DNA of 64,000 nt from assembly GCA_024234165.1 (NCBI GenBank), contig JACKOP010000005.1:234078-298077 (forward strand). Direction: 5' to 3'. Made by a program: the position numbers and the translations under genes. Positions 10,936 to 21,535 of the stretch are shown here, in pieces (position 1 is the first letter of the stretch; each line of letters begins with the position of its first letter). Origin of the DNA: Pseudomonadales bacterium. Lineage in GTDB: Bacteria; Pseudomonadota; Gammaproteobacteria; Pseudomonadales; UBA5518. The notes under the pieces were generated by a model, which saw only the letters and a list, made by a program, of their open reading frames with translations, was not told the DNA's origin and made no database searches.

Positions 10936-12582
10936 ATGAACACGCACCACACCGTCACCGACATCTTCCGTTCCCGCGCAGAAGACGGGCACGTCGCACT
11001 GCGCCATGGCGACCAGCAGTGGAGCTACCGCGAGCTGATCGCTGCTGGCGCCGAACGCGCTGCGTTCCTGCTCGCCAACCGCCGCGCGGGCCCGTTCCAC
11101 GTCGGCATCCTGCTCGACAACGTGCCCGAGTTCCCGCTCTGGCTCACCGGCTGCATTCTGGCCGGCGCGACCATGGTGGGTCTGAACCCGACCCGCCGGG
11201 GTGCCGACCTCGCGCGCGACATCACGCACACCGACTGCCAGTTCGTGATCAGCGCAGAAGCGTACCGCGCCGAGCTTGCGGGCCTGCGTGATGCGATCGG
11301 CAGCGCTCGCATCGTCGACATCGACTCCGGGGAGCATGCCGCGCTGCTCGCGCCATTCGCAGGCGCAGCGCTGCCCGCGGTCACGGTGAACCCGAGCGAT
11401 ACCTTCGCGCTGATCTTCACCTCCGGTTCGAGCGGGGCGCCGAAGGCGTGCATCTGTTCGCATGGGCGTGTTGCGGCGCTCGCCACGCTGGTGTCGCAGT
11501 TCTTCGGTTTCGGCCGGGATTGCGTGAGCTATGTATCGATGCCGTGGTTCCACAACGCCGCAATCAGCATGGGCTGGCTGCCCACGGTGGTCGGCACGGG
11601 GACAACCATCATCCGCAGGTTCAGCGTCTCGGGCTTCCTGCCGGATGTGCGCCGTTACGGTGTCACGCATTTCAACTACGTGGGCAAGCCGCTCGCGTAC
11701 CTGTTGACCGCTCCCGAGCAGGCCAACGACCACGACAACTCGCTGCGCATGGTGTTCGGCAACGAAGGAGCGATCGCGGACCAGGAGAATTTCGCCAGGC
11801 GCTTCGGCTGCACCGTGATCGACGGTTACGGTTCTACCGAAGGCGGCATCTCGATCGCGCGCACACCGGACATGCCGCGCGGCTGCCTCGGCGTATCGCA
11901 ACAGCCCGGGGTGAAGGTGCTGAACCCCGAAACCGGCGCGGAATGCCCGCGGGCGCGCTTCGACACCGACGGCAGGCTGCTGAACCCGAATGACGCGATC
12001 GGTGAACTTGCCAACGTCGATGGCGCACAAGGCTTCGAGGGTTACTGGAACAACCCCGAGGCCAACCATCGTCGTGTACACGACGGCGTGTTCTGGACCG
12101 GAGACCTCGCGTACCGCGACGAGCAGGGTTATTTCTGGTTTGCCGGTCGTGACGACGACTGGTTGCGCGTGGACGGTGAGAACATCGCGTCGGCACAGAT
12201 CGAGCAGGCCCTGTTCCGCCATCCCGACGTCGTGCTTGCAGGCGTCTACGCGGTGCCCGACGACGTGGTCGGTGACCGCGTGATGGCTGCGCTGCAACTG
12301 CGCCCCGGTGCCCGTTTCGACGTCGCGGAGTTCGAACGCTTCCTTGCCGCGCAGACCGACTTCGGCACCAAATGGATGCCGGCGTTCGTGCGCGTGATGC
12401 AGGAGATCCCGGTCACTGCCACCGCCAAGGTGATGCGCAGGCAGTTACGCGAGCAGCGCTGGCATACCGATGATCCGCTGTGGTGGAAGCCACGCATGGA
12501 CGAGCCGTACCGGCGCATGAGCGCAGAAGATGTTGCAGCCTGGGAAGCGCGCTTCGCACCGGGGACGCTGACGCGCCTGTAG
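10936..12582 (+). CDS. AMP-dependent acyl-CoA synthetase/ligase
   Basis: 548 aa. IFTSGSSGAPKA AMP-binding motif, GYGSTEG, and TGDLAYRDEQGYFWFAGR. Confidence 0.9.
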   Translation: MNTHHTVTDIFRSRAEDGHVALRHGDQQWSYRELIAAGAERAAFLLANRRAGPFHVGILLDNVPEFPLWLTGCILAGATMVGLNPTRRGADLARDITHTDCQFVISAEAYRAELAGLRDAIGSARIVDIDSGEHAALLAPFAGAALPAVTVNPSDTFALIFTSGSSGAPKACICSHGRVAALATLVSQFFGFGRDCVSYVSMPWFHNAAISMGWLPTVVGTGTTIIRRFSVSGFLPDVRRYGVTHFNYVGKPLAYLLTAPEQANDHDNSLRMVFGNEGAIADQENFARRFGCTVIDGYGSTEGGISIARTPDMPRGCLGVSQQPGVKVLNPETGAECPRARFDTDGRLLNPNDAIGELANVDGAQGFEGYWNNPEANHRRVHDGVFWTGDLAYRDEQGYFWFAGRDDDWLRVDGENIASAQIEQALFRHPDVVLAGVYAVPDDVVGDRVMAALQLRPGARFDVAEFERFLAAQTDFGTKWMPAFVRVMQEIPVTATAKVMRRQLREQRWHTDDPLWWKPRMDEPYRRMSAEDVAAWEARFAPGTLTRL

Positions 12583-12754
12583 GTCGGATTTCAATCCGAC
12601 GGTGTTGTGGGTCGGGTTTCAGCCCGACCGGGGCCGGCACAATCCCTGTCGGCATGAATGCCGACCCACATTTCCGTCGGCACGAATGCCGAGCCACGTA
12701 GGTCGGGTTTCAACCCGACAGGTGTGGCGATTCCCGTCGGCATGAATGCCGACC
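12579..12754. repeat. REP-like hairpin cluster (same families as 4559-4775)
   Basis: GTAGGTCGGATTTCAATCCGAC overlaps the TAG stop. It is followed by GTCGGGTTTCAGCCCGAC, GTCGGCATGAATGCCGAC (x2), GTCGGCACGAATGCCGAG and GTAGGTCGGGTTTCAACCCGAC. Confidence 0.85.
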
Positions 12755-12778
12755 CACGCAAAAAAGGAGCTGGTTGCA

Positions 12779-13210
12779 GTGAGTGGAGCACTCGATACGG
12801 AACAGATGATCGAATACATGCGCCTGCGTGCGGGGGCGTTCATGCGCATCCTCGACGGCAGCGTGGAAGCGATCGATCAGCAGCGCGGCTGGGCACGGCT
12901 GCGCTGGTATCCGACCGAAGCATGCTGCCATTCGGGAACGATCGTGCAGGGCGGTTTCGTGACCTCGATGCTCGATGCGGCGATGGCACACGCGATCACG
13001 GCGAAGGTCGGCGTCGGCATGATGGCGCCGACGCTGGAACTGAAGGTGTCGTTCTTCAGGGTCTGCAGCCCCGGGGTGTGCTTCAGCGAAGGCCGCGTGG
13101 TGCACAGCACGCGTTCGATCGTATTTGCCGAGGCAGACCTGACCGACGCGGACGGCACGCCGATCGCACGTGCTTCGGCCACCTGCAAGGTGGCGCCGCT
13201 GAAGGGCTGA
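12779..13210 (+). CDS. PaaI-family hotdog-fold thioesterase
   Basis: GTG start 8 nt after AAGGAG. HSGTIVQGGFVTSMLDAAM motif. Confidence 0.8.
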   Translation: MSGALDTEQMIEYMRLRAGAFMRILDGSVEAIDQQRGWARLRWYPTEACCHSGTIVQGGFVTSMLDAAMAHAITAKVGVGMMAPTLELKVSFFRVCSPGVCFSEGRVVHSTRSIVFAEADLTDADGTPIARASATCKVAPLKG

Positions 13211-13255
13211 ACCGCACCGGCACACTGCCTCTGTCCGAGGCAAAGTGCGGTGCGG
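13211..13255. terminator. long imperfect hairpin between convergent genes (possible bidirectional terminator)
   Basis: ACCGCACCGGCACACTGCCTC-TGTCC-GAGGCAAAGTGCGGTGCGG. There is no clear U-tract. Confidence 0.35.
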
Positions 13256-13278
13256 CGGGTGCGGCGGGAAGGCGGGCC

Positions 13279-14016
13279 TCAGCCGCGCAGGTCGCCGGCA
13301 CGGCCCGCGCGCAGGCGATCGAGCGCGGGGTCGAGACGGCGCGAACGCACGATCTGCGGTGCACGCACCAGATAGAACAGGCTCGCAAAACCGCTCCAGA
13401 CATGGACCAGCCGGGTGAACGGGAACACCAGGAATACGGTCATCCCCAGAAACATGTGCGCCTTGAATACCCAGCCCACGTCGGCCAGCAGCGGAACGGC
13501 GCCGCCACGGAACGTCACGACGCGCTGAGCCCATCCAGCCAGTTTGAGCATCGTGCTGCCATCGAGATGCTGGGCGGAAAGCGGGATGGTGGCCAACCCG
13601 AGCAGCAGTTGCAGCCACAGCAGCACGGCGATCAGGATGTCACCGGGGCGCGATGCGGCACGGATGCGCTCGTCGAACAACCTCCGCTGCAACAGCAGCG
13701 TCAACCCGATGAAGCCCAGCGTGCCGGCGATTCCACCCGAAACCATCGCCAGCAGCTGCTTTGCACCGCTGCTGATGAAGGGTTCGTAGATGAAGTGCGG
13801 TGTCAGCATGCCGACCAGGTGGCCGAAGAACAGGAACAGCACGCCGATGTGGAACAGGTTGTTCGCCAGGCGCAACTGCCCGCGTCGCAGCAACTCCGAG
13901 GAATCGCTCTTCCACGTGTACTGGTCACGGTCGAAGCGGATCAGGCTGCCGACCAGAAAGACGGCCATGCAGATATACGGATAGATTCCAAACAGCAGGT
14001 AATCGAGAGCGTTCAT
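13279..14016 (-). CDS. narI: respiratory nitrate reductase gamma subunit
   Basis: MNALDYLLFGIYPYICM..., multi-TM with the conserved heme histidines. ATGA overlap with narJ. Confidence 0.95.
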   Translation of the reverse strand: MNALDYLLFGIYPYICMAVFLVGSLIRFDRDQYTWKSDSSELLRRGQLRLANNLFHIGVLFLFFGHLVGMLTPHFIYEPFISSGAKQLLAMVSGGIAGTLGFIGLTLLLQRRLFDERIRAASRPGDILIAVLLWLQLLLGLATIPLSAQHLDGSTMLKLAGWAQRVVTFRGGAVPLLADVGWVFKAHMFLGMTVFLVFPFTRLVHVWSGFASLFYLVRAPQIVRSRRLDPALDRLRAGRAGDLRG

Positions 14017-14750
14017 GACGGGGCTCCGTTGCTGGAAACAGGTACGGCGACGCGCTGCGGCTCGCCAACCAATCGAACCGGGTCGGCGGAAGCGACCGGC
14101 TGTGGTCGTGCGCGATACGGCGTGCAGCCGTCGAAGGCGGGCGGCTCTTCCCACAATGCATCGAGTGCGGGCTCTGGAGCCGACTCCACGGCAGTCGGCT
14201 CCTCACCGGCAAGCTCGACGATCGCCGCGATCGCCGACGCGTACGGCGACTCCAGGCGACGCAGCGCGCTGTGGATCGCATTGAGGATATGGGTCAGCTC
14301 GCCAAGGAACCCGCGCGTCTGCGTTGCCGGCTGGGTCGAGGCAAATTCGAGCACTGCCGGCAGGTAATCGGGCAACTCGCCTGGCGCGAGCAGCAGCCCC
14401 GCCTGTTCGTAGCTGTGGCGCAGATCGACCAGTGCCGGACCGCGCTCGCGCGAGTCTCCGTGCACATGCTCGAACAGGTGCAACGAGCAGGCACGGGAGG
14501 AATCGAACACCCTCACGTACTCTGCTTCGGCATCGAGCGGGTCGCTGTCCGCAAGGCTCCTTGCCAGCCGATCGAGTTCCGCGAGGCGATCGTCCGACAG
14601 CGGAGCACCCGCCCGGCGCGCGGCATGCAGCGTTGCACGCAGCTCCGGCAGCGCCTGGCGCAATTCGCCGTCCGGGTAATCGATCAGGCGTGCAAGGGCG
14701 CGCAACGCAGCGCCCGCAGCACGATCCGGAGCCTGGGCAAAGGCATTCAT
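14013..14750 (-). CDS. narJ: nitrate reductase molybdenum cofactor assembly chaperone
   Basis: Its position between narH and narI. AEYVRVFD and LPDYLPAVLEF motifs. Confidence 0.9.
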   Translation of the reverse strand: MNAFAQAPDRAAGAALRALARLIDYPDGELRQALPELRATLHAARRAGAPLSDDRLAELDRLARSLADSDPLDAEAEYVRVFDSSRACSLHLFEHVHGDSRERGPALVDLRHSYEQAGLLLAPGELPDYLPAVLEFASTQPATQTRGFLGELTHILNAIHSALRRLESPYASAIAAIVELAGEEPTAVESAPEPALDALWEEPPAFDGCTPYRARPQPVASADPVRLVGEPQRVAVPVSSNGAPS

Positions 14751-14761
14751 GGGCACACTCC

Positions 14762-16285
14762 TCACTCGACCAGCTTCACGGGAATCGTGCGGCGGCGACC
14801 GCTTCCGAACAGGCTGGCTTCGCTGCTGCCGTCCGAGCAGCCGTTGCCGAAGCTGAAGCCACAGCCGCCACGCAGCTCGAACGCGTTCTCGGCGTACTCG
14901 CGATGCGTCGAAGGAATCACGAAGCGGTCCTCGTAGTTCGCGATTGCGAGCAGTCGGTACATGCTCTCGGCCTCTGCCTCGTCGAGTCCGACCTGCGCCA
15001 GCACCGTCGCATCGGGCGCGCCATCCACGTGACGCGAGCGTTGCCACGCGCGCATCGCGAGCATGCGTTCCAGCGCAGAAATCACCGGTGCCGGATCGCC
15101 TGCGGTCAGCAGGTTCGCGAGGTACTGCACCGGGATGCGCAGCTCGTTGACGTCGGGAATCACGCCCTTGGTGGCGAGCTGCCCGGCAGCAGCCGCCGCA
15201 GTGATCGGCGACAGCGGCGGCACGTACCAGACCATCGGCAGCGTGCGGTATTCGGGATGCAGCGGCAGCGCAATCTTCCAATCGACCGCCATGCGGTAGA
15301 CCGGACTCGAGCGCGCCGCTTCCAGCCACGCTTCGGGCACGCCGTCGCGGCGCGCCGCGGCGATCACCTGCGGGTCCGAGGGATCGAGGAAGACGCCGAG
15401 CTGCGCCGGGTAGAGATCCTTTTCGTCGGCAACGGCCGCTGCCTCGGCGATGCGATCGGCGTCGTAGAGCAACACGCCGAGATAACGGATGCGGCCAACA
15501 CAGGTCTCCGAACACACGGTGGGCATACCCGCTTCGATGCGCGGGTAGCAGAAGGTGCACTTCTCGGCCTTGCCGGACTTCCAGTTGTAATAGATCTTCT
15601 TGTACGGACAGCCGGACACACACATGCGCCAACCACGGCACTTGTCCTGGTCGATCAGGACCACGCCGTCTTCCTCGCGCTTGTAGATCGAACCCGAGGG
15701 ACAGCTCGCGACGCACGCCGGGTTCAGGCAGTGCTCGCAAAGCCGCGGCAGATACATCATGAAGGTGTTTTCGAACTCGCCGTACATCTGCTTCTGTACC
15801 TGCTCGAAGTTCGTGTCTGCGGAGCGGCTGGCGAACTCACCACCGAGGATTTCCTCCCAGTTCGGCCCCCATTCGATCTTCTCCATGCGCTGGCCGGTGA
15901 TCAGGCTGCGCGGGCGTGCCGTTGGTGCTGCACTCATTTCGGGTGCCGAGTGCAGGTGTTCGTAATCGAAGGTGAACGGTTCGTAGTAGTCGTCGATCTC
16001 CGGCATGTTCGGGTTCGAGAAGATGCGCGACAGCAGCTTCAGTTTGCCGCCCTGGCGCAACTCCAGACTGCCGTCCTCACGAAGCACCCAGCCACCCTGC
16101 CACTGTTGCTGGTCCTCCCAGTGCTTGGGGTAGCCGATCCCCGGCTTGCTCTCGACGTTGTTGAACCACGCGTACTCCACGCCGGGACGACTGGTCCAGA
16201 CGTTCTTGCACGTCACCGAGCAGGTATGACAGCCGATGCACTTGTCGAGGTTCAGCACCATGCCGATCTGCGCGCGTACTTTCAT
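14762..16285 (-). CDS. narH: respiratory nitrate reductase beta subunit
   Basis: MKVRAQIGMVLNLDKCIGCHTCSVTCK, with multiple Fe-S cysteine clusters. Confidence 0.97.
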   Translation of the reverse strand: MKVRAQIGMVLNLDKCIGCHTCSVTCKNVWTSRPGVEYAWFNNVESKPGIGYPKHWEDQQQWQGGWVLREDGSLELRQGGKLKLLSRIFSNPNMPEIDDYYEPFTFDYEHLHSAPEMSAAPTARPRSLITGQRMEKIEWGPNWEEILGGEFASRSADTNFEQVQKQMYGEFENTFMMYLPRLCEHCLNPACVASCPSGSIYKREEDGVVLIDQDKCRGWRMCVSGCPYKKIYYNWKSGKAEKCTFCYPRIEAGMPTVCSETCVGRIRYLGVLLYDADRIAEAAAVADEKDLYPAQLGVFLDPSDPQVIAAARRDGVPEAWLEAARSSPVYRMAVDWKIALPLHPEYRTLPMVWYVPPLSPITAAAAAGQLATKGVIPDVNELRIPVQYLANLLTAGDPAPVISALERMLAMRAWQRSRHVDGAPDATVLAQVGLDEAEAESMYRLLAIANYEDRFVIPSTHREYAENAFELRGGCGFSFGNGCSDGSSEASLFGSGRRRTIPVKLVE

Positions 16286-19200
16286 CGGGTCATCTCCTGT
16301 GCAGGGGGCACGTTCACACTGGTACCGGCCGGCGTATCCAGCCAGTCCACCTTTGCCATGCGGCGCACGACGACAAACTCGTCGCGGTTGGTGCCGATCG
16401 TGCCGTAGTAGTTGAAGCCGTAGCTGAGCTGTGCGTAACCGCCGATCATGTGCGTCGGCTTCAGCACCACGCGCGTGACCGAGTTGTGGATGCCGCCACG
16501 CGCTCCGGTGATTTCCGAGCCGGGCGTGTTGATGATCTTCTCCTGCGCGTGGTACATCATGACCATGCCGGGCTTGACGCGCTGGCTGACTACCGCGCGC
16601 GCAGCGATGGCCCCGTTCAGGTTGAACAGCTCGATCCAGTCGTTGTCGACGATTCCGGCACGGCGTGCGTCGTCTTCGGACATCCACACACACGGGCCAC
16701 CGCGGCTCAGCGTCAGCATCAGCAGGTTGTCCGTGTACGTCGAGTGGATACCCCACTTCTGGTGCGGCGTGATGAAGTTCAGCACCACTTCCGGGTTGCC
16801 GTTCGAGCGCACGCCATGGATACCGGCAGTGGCCTTCAGATCCACCGGCGGGCGATAGCTCGCCAGCCCCTCGCCGAATGCGAGCATCCACGGGTGGTCC
16901 TGGTAGAACTGCTGGCGACCGCTCAGCGTGCGCCACGGAATCAGCTCGTGCACGTTGGTGTAGCCGGCGTTGTAGGACACGTGCTCCGACTCCAGCCCGC
17001 TCCAGGTCGGCGAGCTGATGATCTTGCGGGGCTGCGCCTGGATATCGCGAAAACGGATCTTCTCGTCCTCGCGCGGCAGCGCGAGGTGCGTATGGTCACG
17101 CCCGGTCTGGCGACCGAGTGCGGCCCATGCCTTCACGGCGACGTGGCCATTGGTTTCGGGTGCCAGCATCAGCACCGTCTCGGCGGCGTCGATGTCGGTC
17201 AGGATGCGCGGCATGCCCTGCGTTGCACCTTCTTCGCGAACCGTACCGTTCAGCGCTGCGAGGGCATCGACTTCGTCGCGGGTATTCCACGCGATTCCCT
17301 TGCCGCCGTTGCCGATGCGCTGCATCAGCGGTCCGAGCGCCGTGAACTGCCTGTATACGTTCGGATAGTCGCGCTCGACGACGCCGATCTGCGGCGCCGT
17401 GCGCCCGGGAACGAGCGGCACTTCACCGCGTTTCCAGTCTCGCACCTCGAGCGCCTGCCCGAGTTCGCCCGGTGAATCATGCATCAGCGGCGTCAGCACC
17501 ACCTCGCGCTCCAGACCGAGGTGCCCCTGGCACACCTCGCTGAACGCACGCGCGAAGCCCTTGTAGATTTCCCAGTCACTGCGTGCCTCCCACGCCGGGT
17601 CGACCGCGGTCGACAGCGGGTGGATGAACGGGTGCATGTCGCTGGTATTGAGGTCGTTCTTCTCGTACCAGGTGGCGGTTGGCAGCACGATATCGGAGTA
17701 CAGACAGGTGGTGCTCATACGGAAGTCGAGCGTTACCAGCAGGTCGAGCTTGCCTTCGGGTGCCTGCTCGTGCCAAACCACCTCGGCCGGCCGTGCGTCG
17801 TCGGCGCCGAGGTCGCGCCCCTGCACGCCGTGCGATGTACCGAGCAGATGCTTCAGGAAGTACTCGTGACCCTTGCCGCTCGAGCCGAGCAGGTTCGAGC
17901 GCCACACGAACATGTTGCGCGGCCAGTTGTCCGGATGATCCGGATCCTCGCAGCTCATGCGCAGCGTACCGTCGGCGAGTGCATCGGTGACGTACTGCAC
18001 TGCATCCTTGCCGGCAGCCTGCGCATCGCGCACGAGCTCGAGCGGATTCCGCTGCAACTGCGGCGCCGATGGCAGCCAGCCCATGCGCTCGGCGCGCACG
18101 TTGTAGTCGATCATGCTGCCGCCGAAGGCGCTGCGGTCAGCGAGCGGCGACAGCACCTCGTCGACCGCGAGCTTCTCGTAGCGCCACTGGTCGGTATGCG
18201 CGTAGAAAAAGCTGGTCGAGTTCATCTGCCGCGGCGGGCGGATCCAGTCGAGTGCGAACGCCAGTGCGGTCCAGCCGGTCTGCGGCCTGAGCTTTTCCTG
18301 CCCGACGTAATGTGACCAGCCGCCACCCGATTTGCCGATGCAACCGCAGAGCATCAGCATGTTGATGACGCTGCGGTAGTTCATGTCGGAGTGGTACCAG
18401 TGGTTCATGCCGGCACCGATGATCACCATCGAACGCCCCTTGGTACGCTCGGCGTTGTCCGCAAACTCGCGTGCAATCGCAATCACCTGCGCGCGAGGCA
18501 CGCCGGTTATCTTCTCCTGCCATGCGGGCGTATAGGGTGCGTCCGCGTCGTAGTCGGGCCGCGCGGCCTCGCCACCGTCGCCACGCGCAACACCGTAGTT
18601 CGCGGCCAGCAGGTCGAACACCGTGGCAACCACGAGCTCCGGGGCAGCAGCGGCGGGATCGAGCGCGATGCGCTGCACCGGCACCTCGCGCACGACGATC
18701 TCGTCACCCGGGTTATTGTCGAAATGCGGTGTCTGGATGCCGCCGAAGTACGGGAAGCCGATGCGCTGCAACTCCGCTGCCTGACCGCCTTCGGTCACCG
18801 ACAGGCGCAGGCGCACCTCGTTGCCACCCCCCGCTTCCTTCGCCTCCAGGTTCCACTGCCCGGCATCCGGACGTCCGTCCGGGCCCCAGCGGAAGCCGAT
18901 GGCACCGTTCGGTACGACGACCTTGCCGTCGGCGTCGCAGGCCAGCGTCTTCCACTCGGGGTTGTTGCTCTGGCCGAGCTGTCCGACCAGGTCCGACGCG
19001 CGCAGATAGCGATCGGGCACCAGCAGCGGCTTGCCGTCCGGACCCGTGCGCTGCTTCAGCACCACCAGCATCGGCAGGTCGGTGAAGCGGCGTGCGTAGT
19101 CGTCGAAATACGCGCTGCGGCGCTCGAAGTAGAACTCACTGAGAATCACGTGCCCCATCGCCATCGCAACGGCTGCATCGGTTCCCTGGCGCGGGTGCAG

Positions 19201-20082
19201 CCACGAATCGGCAAGCTTCGCGACCTCGGAATAATCGGGCGTGATCGCAACCGTCTTGGTACCGCGGTAGCGCACCTCGGTGAAGAAGTGCGCATCCGGG
19301 GTACGCGTCTGCGGCACGTTGGATCCCCACGCGATGATGTAGCCGCTGTTGTACCAGTCGGCCGATTCGGGAACGTCGGTCTGCTCACCCCAGATCTGCG
19401 GGCTCGACGGCGGCAGGTCGCAGTACCAGTCGTAGAAGCTCATGCAGACGCCACCGATCAGGCTCAGGTAACGGCTGCCGGCGGCATAGCTGACCATCGA
19501 CATCGCCGGGATCGGTGAAAAGCCGACGACGCGATCCGGTCCGTGGCGGCGGATCGTGTACACGTTGGCAGCCGCAACGAGCTCGTTGACCTCGTCCCAG
19601 CTCGCGCGCACGAAGCCGCCCATGCCACGCCGGCTCTGGTAGTCGCGTCGCTTCGCCTCATCGGTGGCGATCGCCGCCCACGCGGCCACCGGATCCAGCG
19701 TGCGGCGCGCCTCGCGCCAGTGACGCAGCAGCCGTGCGCGCACCATCGGATACTTCACCCGGTTGGCGCTGTAGAGGTACCACGAATAGCTCGCACCGCG
19801 CGCACAGCCGCGCGGCTCGTGGTTCGGCATCTCGGGGCGCGTGCGCGGATAGTCGGTCTGCTGCGTCTCCCACGTCACCAGCCCGCCCTTGACGTGGATC
19901 TTCCACGAGCAGGACCCGGTGCAGTTCACGCCGTGCGTGGAGCGCACCACCTTGTCGTGCGCCCAACGGTTGCGGTACGCATCCTCCCAGGTACGGTCCT
20001 CGCCGGTGGTAGTCCCGTGCCCGTCTGCAAAGCTCTCGCGACGACGGGAAAAATACTTCAGGCGATCGAGAAAATGGCTCAT
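16282..20082 (-). CDS. narG: respiratory nitrate reductase alpha subunit
   Basis: 1266 aa. MSHFLDRLKYF... and HGVNCTGSCSW FS0 cluster motif. ATGA overlap with narH. Confidence 0.98.
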   Translation of the reverse strand: MSHFLDRLKYFSRRRESFADGHGTTTGEDRTWEDAYRNRWAHDKVVRSTHGVNCTGSCSWKIHVKGGLVTWETQQTDYPRTRPEMPNHEPRGCARGASYSWYLYSANRVKYPMVRARLLRHWREARRTLDPVAAWAAIATDEAKRRDYQSRRGMGGFVRASWDEVNELVAAANVYTIRRHGPDRVVGFSPIPAMSMVSYAAGSRYLSLIGGVCMSFYDWYCDLPPSSPQIWGEQTDVPESADWYNSGYIIAWGSNVPQTRTPDAHFFTEVRYRGTKTVAITPDYSEVAKLADSWLHPRQGTDAAVAMAMGHVILSEFYFERRSAYFDDYARRFTDLPMLVVLKQRTGPDGKPLLVPDRYLRASDLVGQLGQSNNPEWKTLACDADGKVVVPNGAIGFRWGPDGRPDAGQWNLEAKEAGGGNEVRLRLSVTEGGQAAELQRIGFPYFGGIQTPHFDNNPGDEIVVREVPVQRIALDPAAAAPELVVATVFDLLAANYGVARGDGGEAARPDYDADAPYTPAWQEKITGVPRAQVIAIAREFADNAERTKGRSMVIIGAGMNHWYHSDMNYRSVINMLMLCGCIGKSGGGWSHYVGQEKLRPQTGWTALAFALDWIRPPRQMNSTSFFYAHTDQWRYEKLAVDEVLSPLADRSAFGGSMIDYNVRAERMGWLPSAPQLQRNPLELVRDAQAAGKDAVQYVTDALADGTLRMSCEDPDHPDNWPRNMFVWRSNLLGSSGKGHEYFLKHLLGTSHGVQGRDLGADDARPAEVVWHEQAPEGKLDLLVTLDFRMSTTCLYSDIVLPTATWYEKNDLNTSDMHPFIHPLSTAVDPAWEARSDWEIYKGFARAFSEVCQGHLGLEREVVLTPLMHDSPGELGQALEVRDWKRGEVPLVPGRTAPQIGVVERDYPNVYRQFTALGPLMQRIGNGGKGIAWNTRDEVDALAALNGTVREEGATQGMPRILTDIDAAETVLMLAPETNGHVAVKAWAALGRQTGRDHTHLALPREDEKIRFRDIQAQPRKIISSPTWSGLESEHVSYNAGYTNVHELIPWRTLSGRQQFYQDHPWMLAFGEGLASYRPPVDLKATAGIHGVRSNGNPEVVLNFITPHQKWGIHSTYTDNLLMLTLSRGGPCVWMSEDDARRAGIVDNDWIELFNLNGAIAARAVVSQRVKPGMVMMYHAQEKIINTPGSEITGARGGIHNSVTRVVLKPTHMIGGYAQLSYGFNYYGTIGTNRDEFVVVRRMAKVDWLDTPAGTSVNVPPAQEMTR

Positions 20083-20122
20083 GTCCTTGTCTCCACGAAA
20101 TCACGCCACTGCAACAGGTCGC

Positions 20123-21535
20123 TCAGCACGGGCGTGCTGCGCCACGCCGCGAATAGAACAACCAGGTCAACACCACGCACACCAGGTAAAAGCCGATGAA
20201 GGTCCACAGCGCGGCATGCGGACTGCCGGTCAGCGCAATCGAACTGCCGTAGCTCTTCGGGATGAAGAATCCGCCGTAGGCACCGATCGCACCACTGAAG
20301 CCGAGCACCGCGGCGGCCTGGCGGTTGCCATCCCTGACCGCGCTCTCCTGCGCCTCGCTGCCACGCCCACGCGCCGCCTCGGTGCACTCGTCCATGAAGA
20401 TCACCGGGATCATCCTGAACGTCGACCCGTTGCCCACGCCGGTCGCGATGAACAGCAGCATGAACGCCAGGAAGAAGCCGGTGAGGTTGCCGGTCGCGCC
20501 CTCGACTCCCGGCGTGGGCAGGAAATGCAGCGCAAGCCACACCCCCACGATCATCACCGCGAAGTTCCAGAAGGTCACACGGGCCCCGCCGATCCGATCC
20601 GACAACCAGCCACCGACAGGGCGCGCGACCGCACCGGCAAATGGTCCCATCCACGCGAACTCGAGGGGATCCACTCCGGGAAACTGGCTCTTGATCAGCA
20701 GCGGAAAACCCGCCGAAAAGCCGATGAACGACCCGAAGGTACCGATATAGAGCCAGCACATGATCCAGGTGTGGCGATTGCGGAAGATCACGGCCTGATC
20801 GACGAACGAGGCTCGCGCATCGGCAATGTCGTGCATCATCAGGAAAGCGAGCAGCGCAACGATCAGGATCGGCGCGACCCACAGGAAGCCGGCGTTCTGC
20901 AGCCAGATGTGCACCGTCTCGCCGTCTGGCAGTTCGATGATTTTCGGATCGCCGCCGAACCAGCCGAACACACCAGCGCCGATCACCAGCGGCACCATGA
21001 ACTGCACCGACGATACGCCGAGGTTGCCAAGGCCTGCATTCAGGCCGAGCGCCGAACCCTTGCGCTCCTTCGGGAAGAAAAAGCTGATGTTTGCCATCGA
21101 CGAGGAGAAGTTGCCTCCGCCGAGTCCGCACGCCGCGGCCAGCAGCAGCATCACCCAGTAGGGAGTCTGCGGATCCTGCACCGCCACGCCGATGCCGATG
21201 CATGGCAGCAGCAGCAACAGCGTGGAAATCACGGTCCAGCGCCGTCCGCCGACCATCGACACGATGAAGGAATAGAAGATCCGCAATGTGGCGCCCGACA
21301 GCGCCGGCAGCGCCGTCAGCCAGAACAACTGGTCGGTGGTGTACGCGAAGCCGGCCGCAGGCAGCTTCGTCACCACGGCGCTCCACACCATCCACACCGC
21401 AAACGCGAGAAACAGCGCCGGGATCGAGATCCAGAGATTGCGATTTGCTATCGCTCGCCCCTGGGTCTCCCAGAACGCCCGATCTTCGGGTGTCCAGACG
21501 CGCAGCACATGTCTGGACGGGTTGCTGTCGATCAT
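20123..21535 (-). CDS. narK2: nitrate/nitrite antiporter (NNP family MFS), NarK2-type
   Basis: Starts MIDSNPSRHVLRVWTPEDRAFW. Carries the GGNFSSSMANISFFFP nitrate signature. 470 aa. Confidence 0.9.
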   Translation of the reverse strand: MIDSNPSRHVLRVWTPEDRAFWETQGRAIANRNLWISIPALFLAFAVWMVWSAVVTKLPAAGFAYTTDQLFWLTALPALSGATLRIFYSFIVSMVGGRRWTVISTLLLLLPCIGIGVAVQDPQTPYWVMLLLAAACGLGGGNFSSSMANISFFFPKERKGSALGLNAGLGNLGVSSVQFMVPLVIGAGVFGWFGGDPKIIELPDGETVHIWLQNAGFLWVAPILIVALLAFLMMHDIADARASFVDQAVIFRNRHTWIMCWLYIGTFGSFIGFSAGFPLLIKSQFPGVDPLEFAWMGPFAGAVARPVGGWLSDRIGGARVTFWNFAVMIVGVWLALHFLPTPGVEGATGNLTGFFLAFMLLFIATGVGNGSTFRMIPVIFMDECTEAARGRGSEAQESAVRDGNRQAAAVLGFSGAIGAYGGFFIPKSYGSSIALTGSPHAALWTFIGFYLVCVVLTWLFYSRRGAARPC

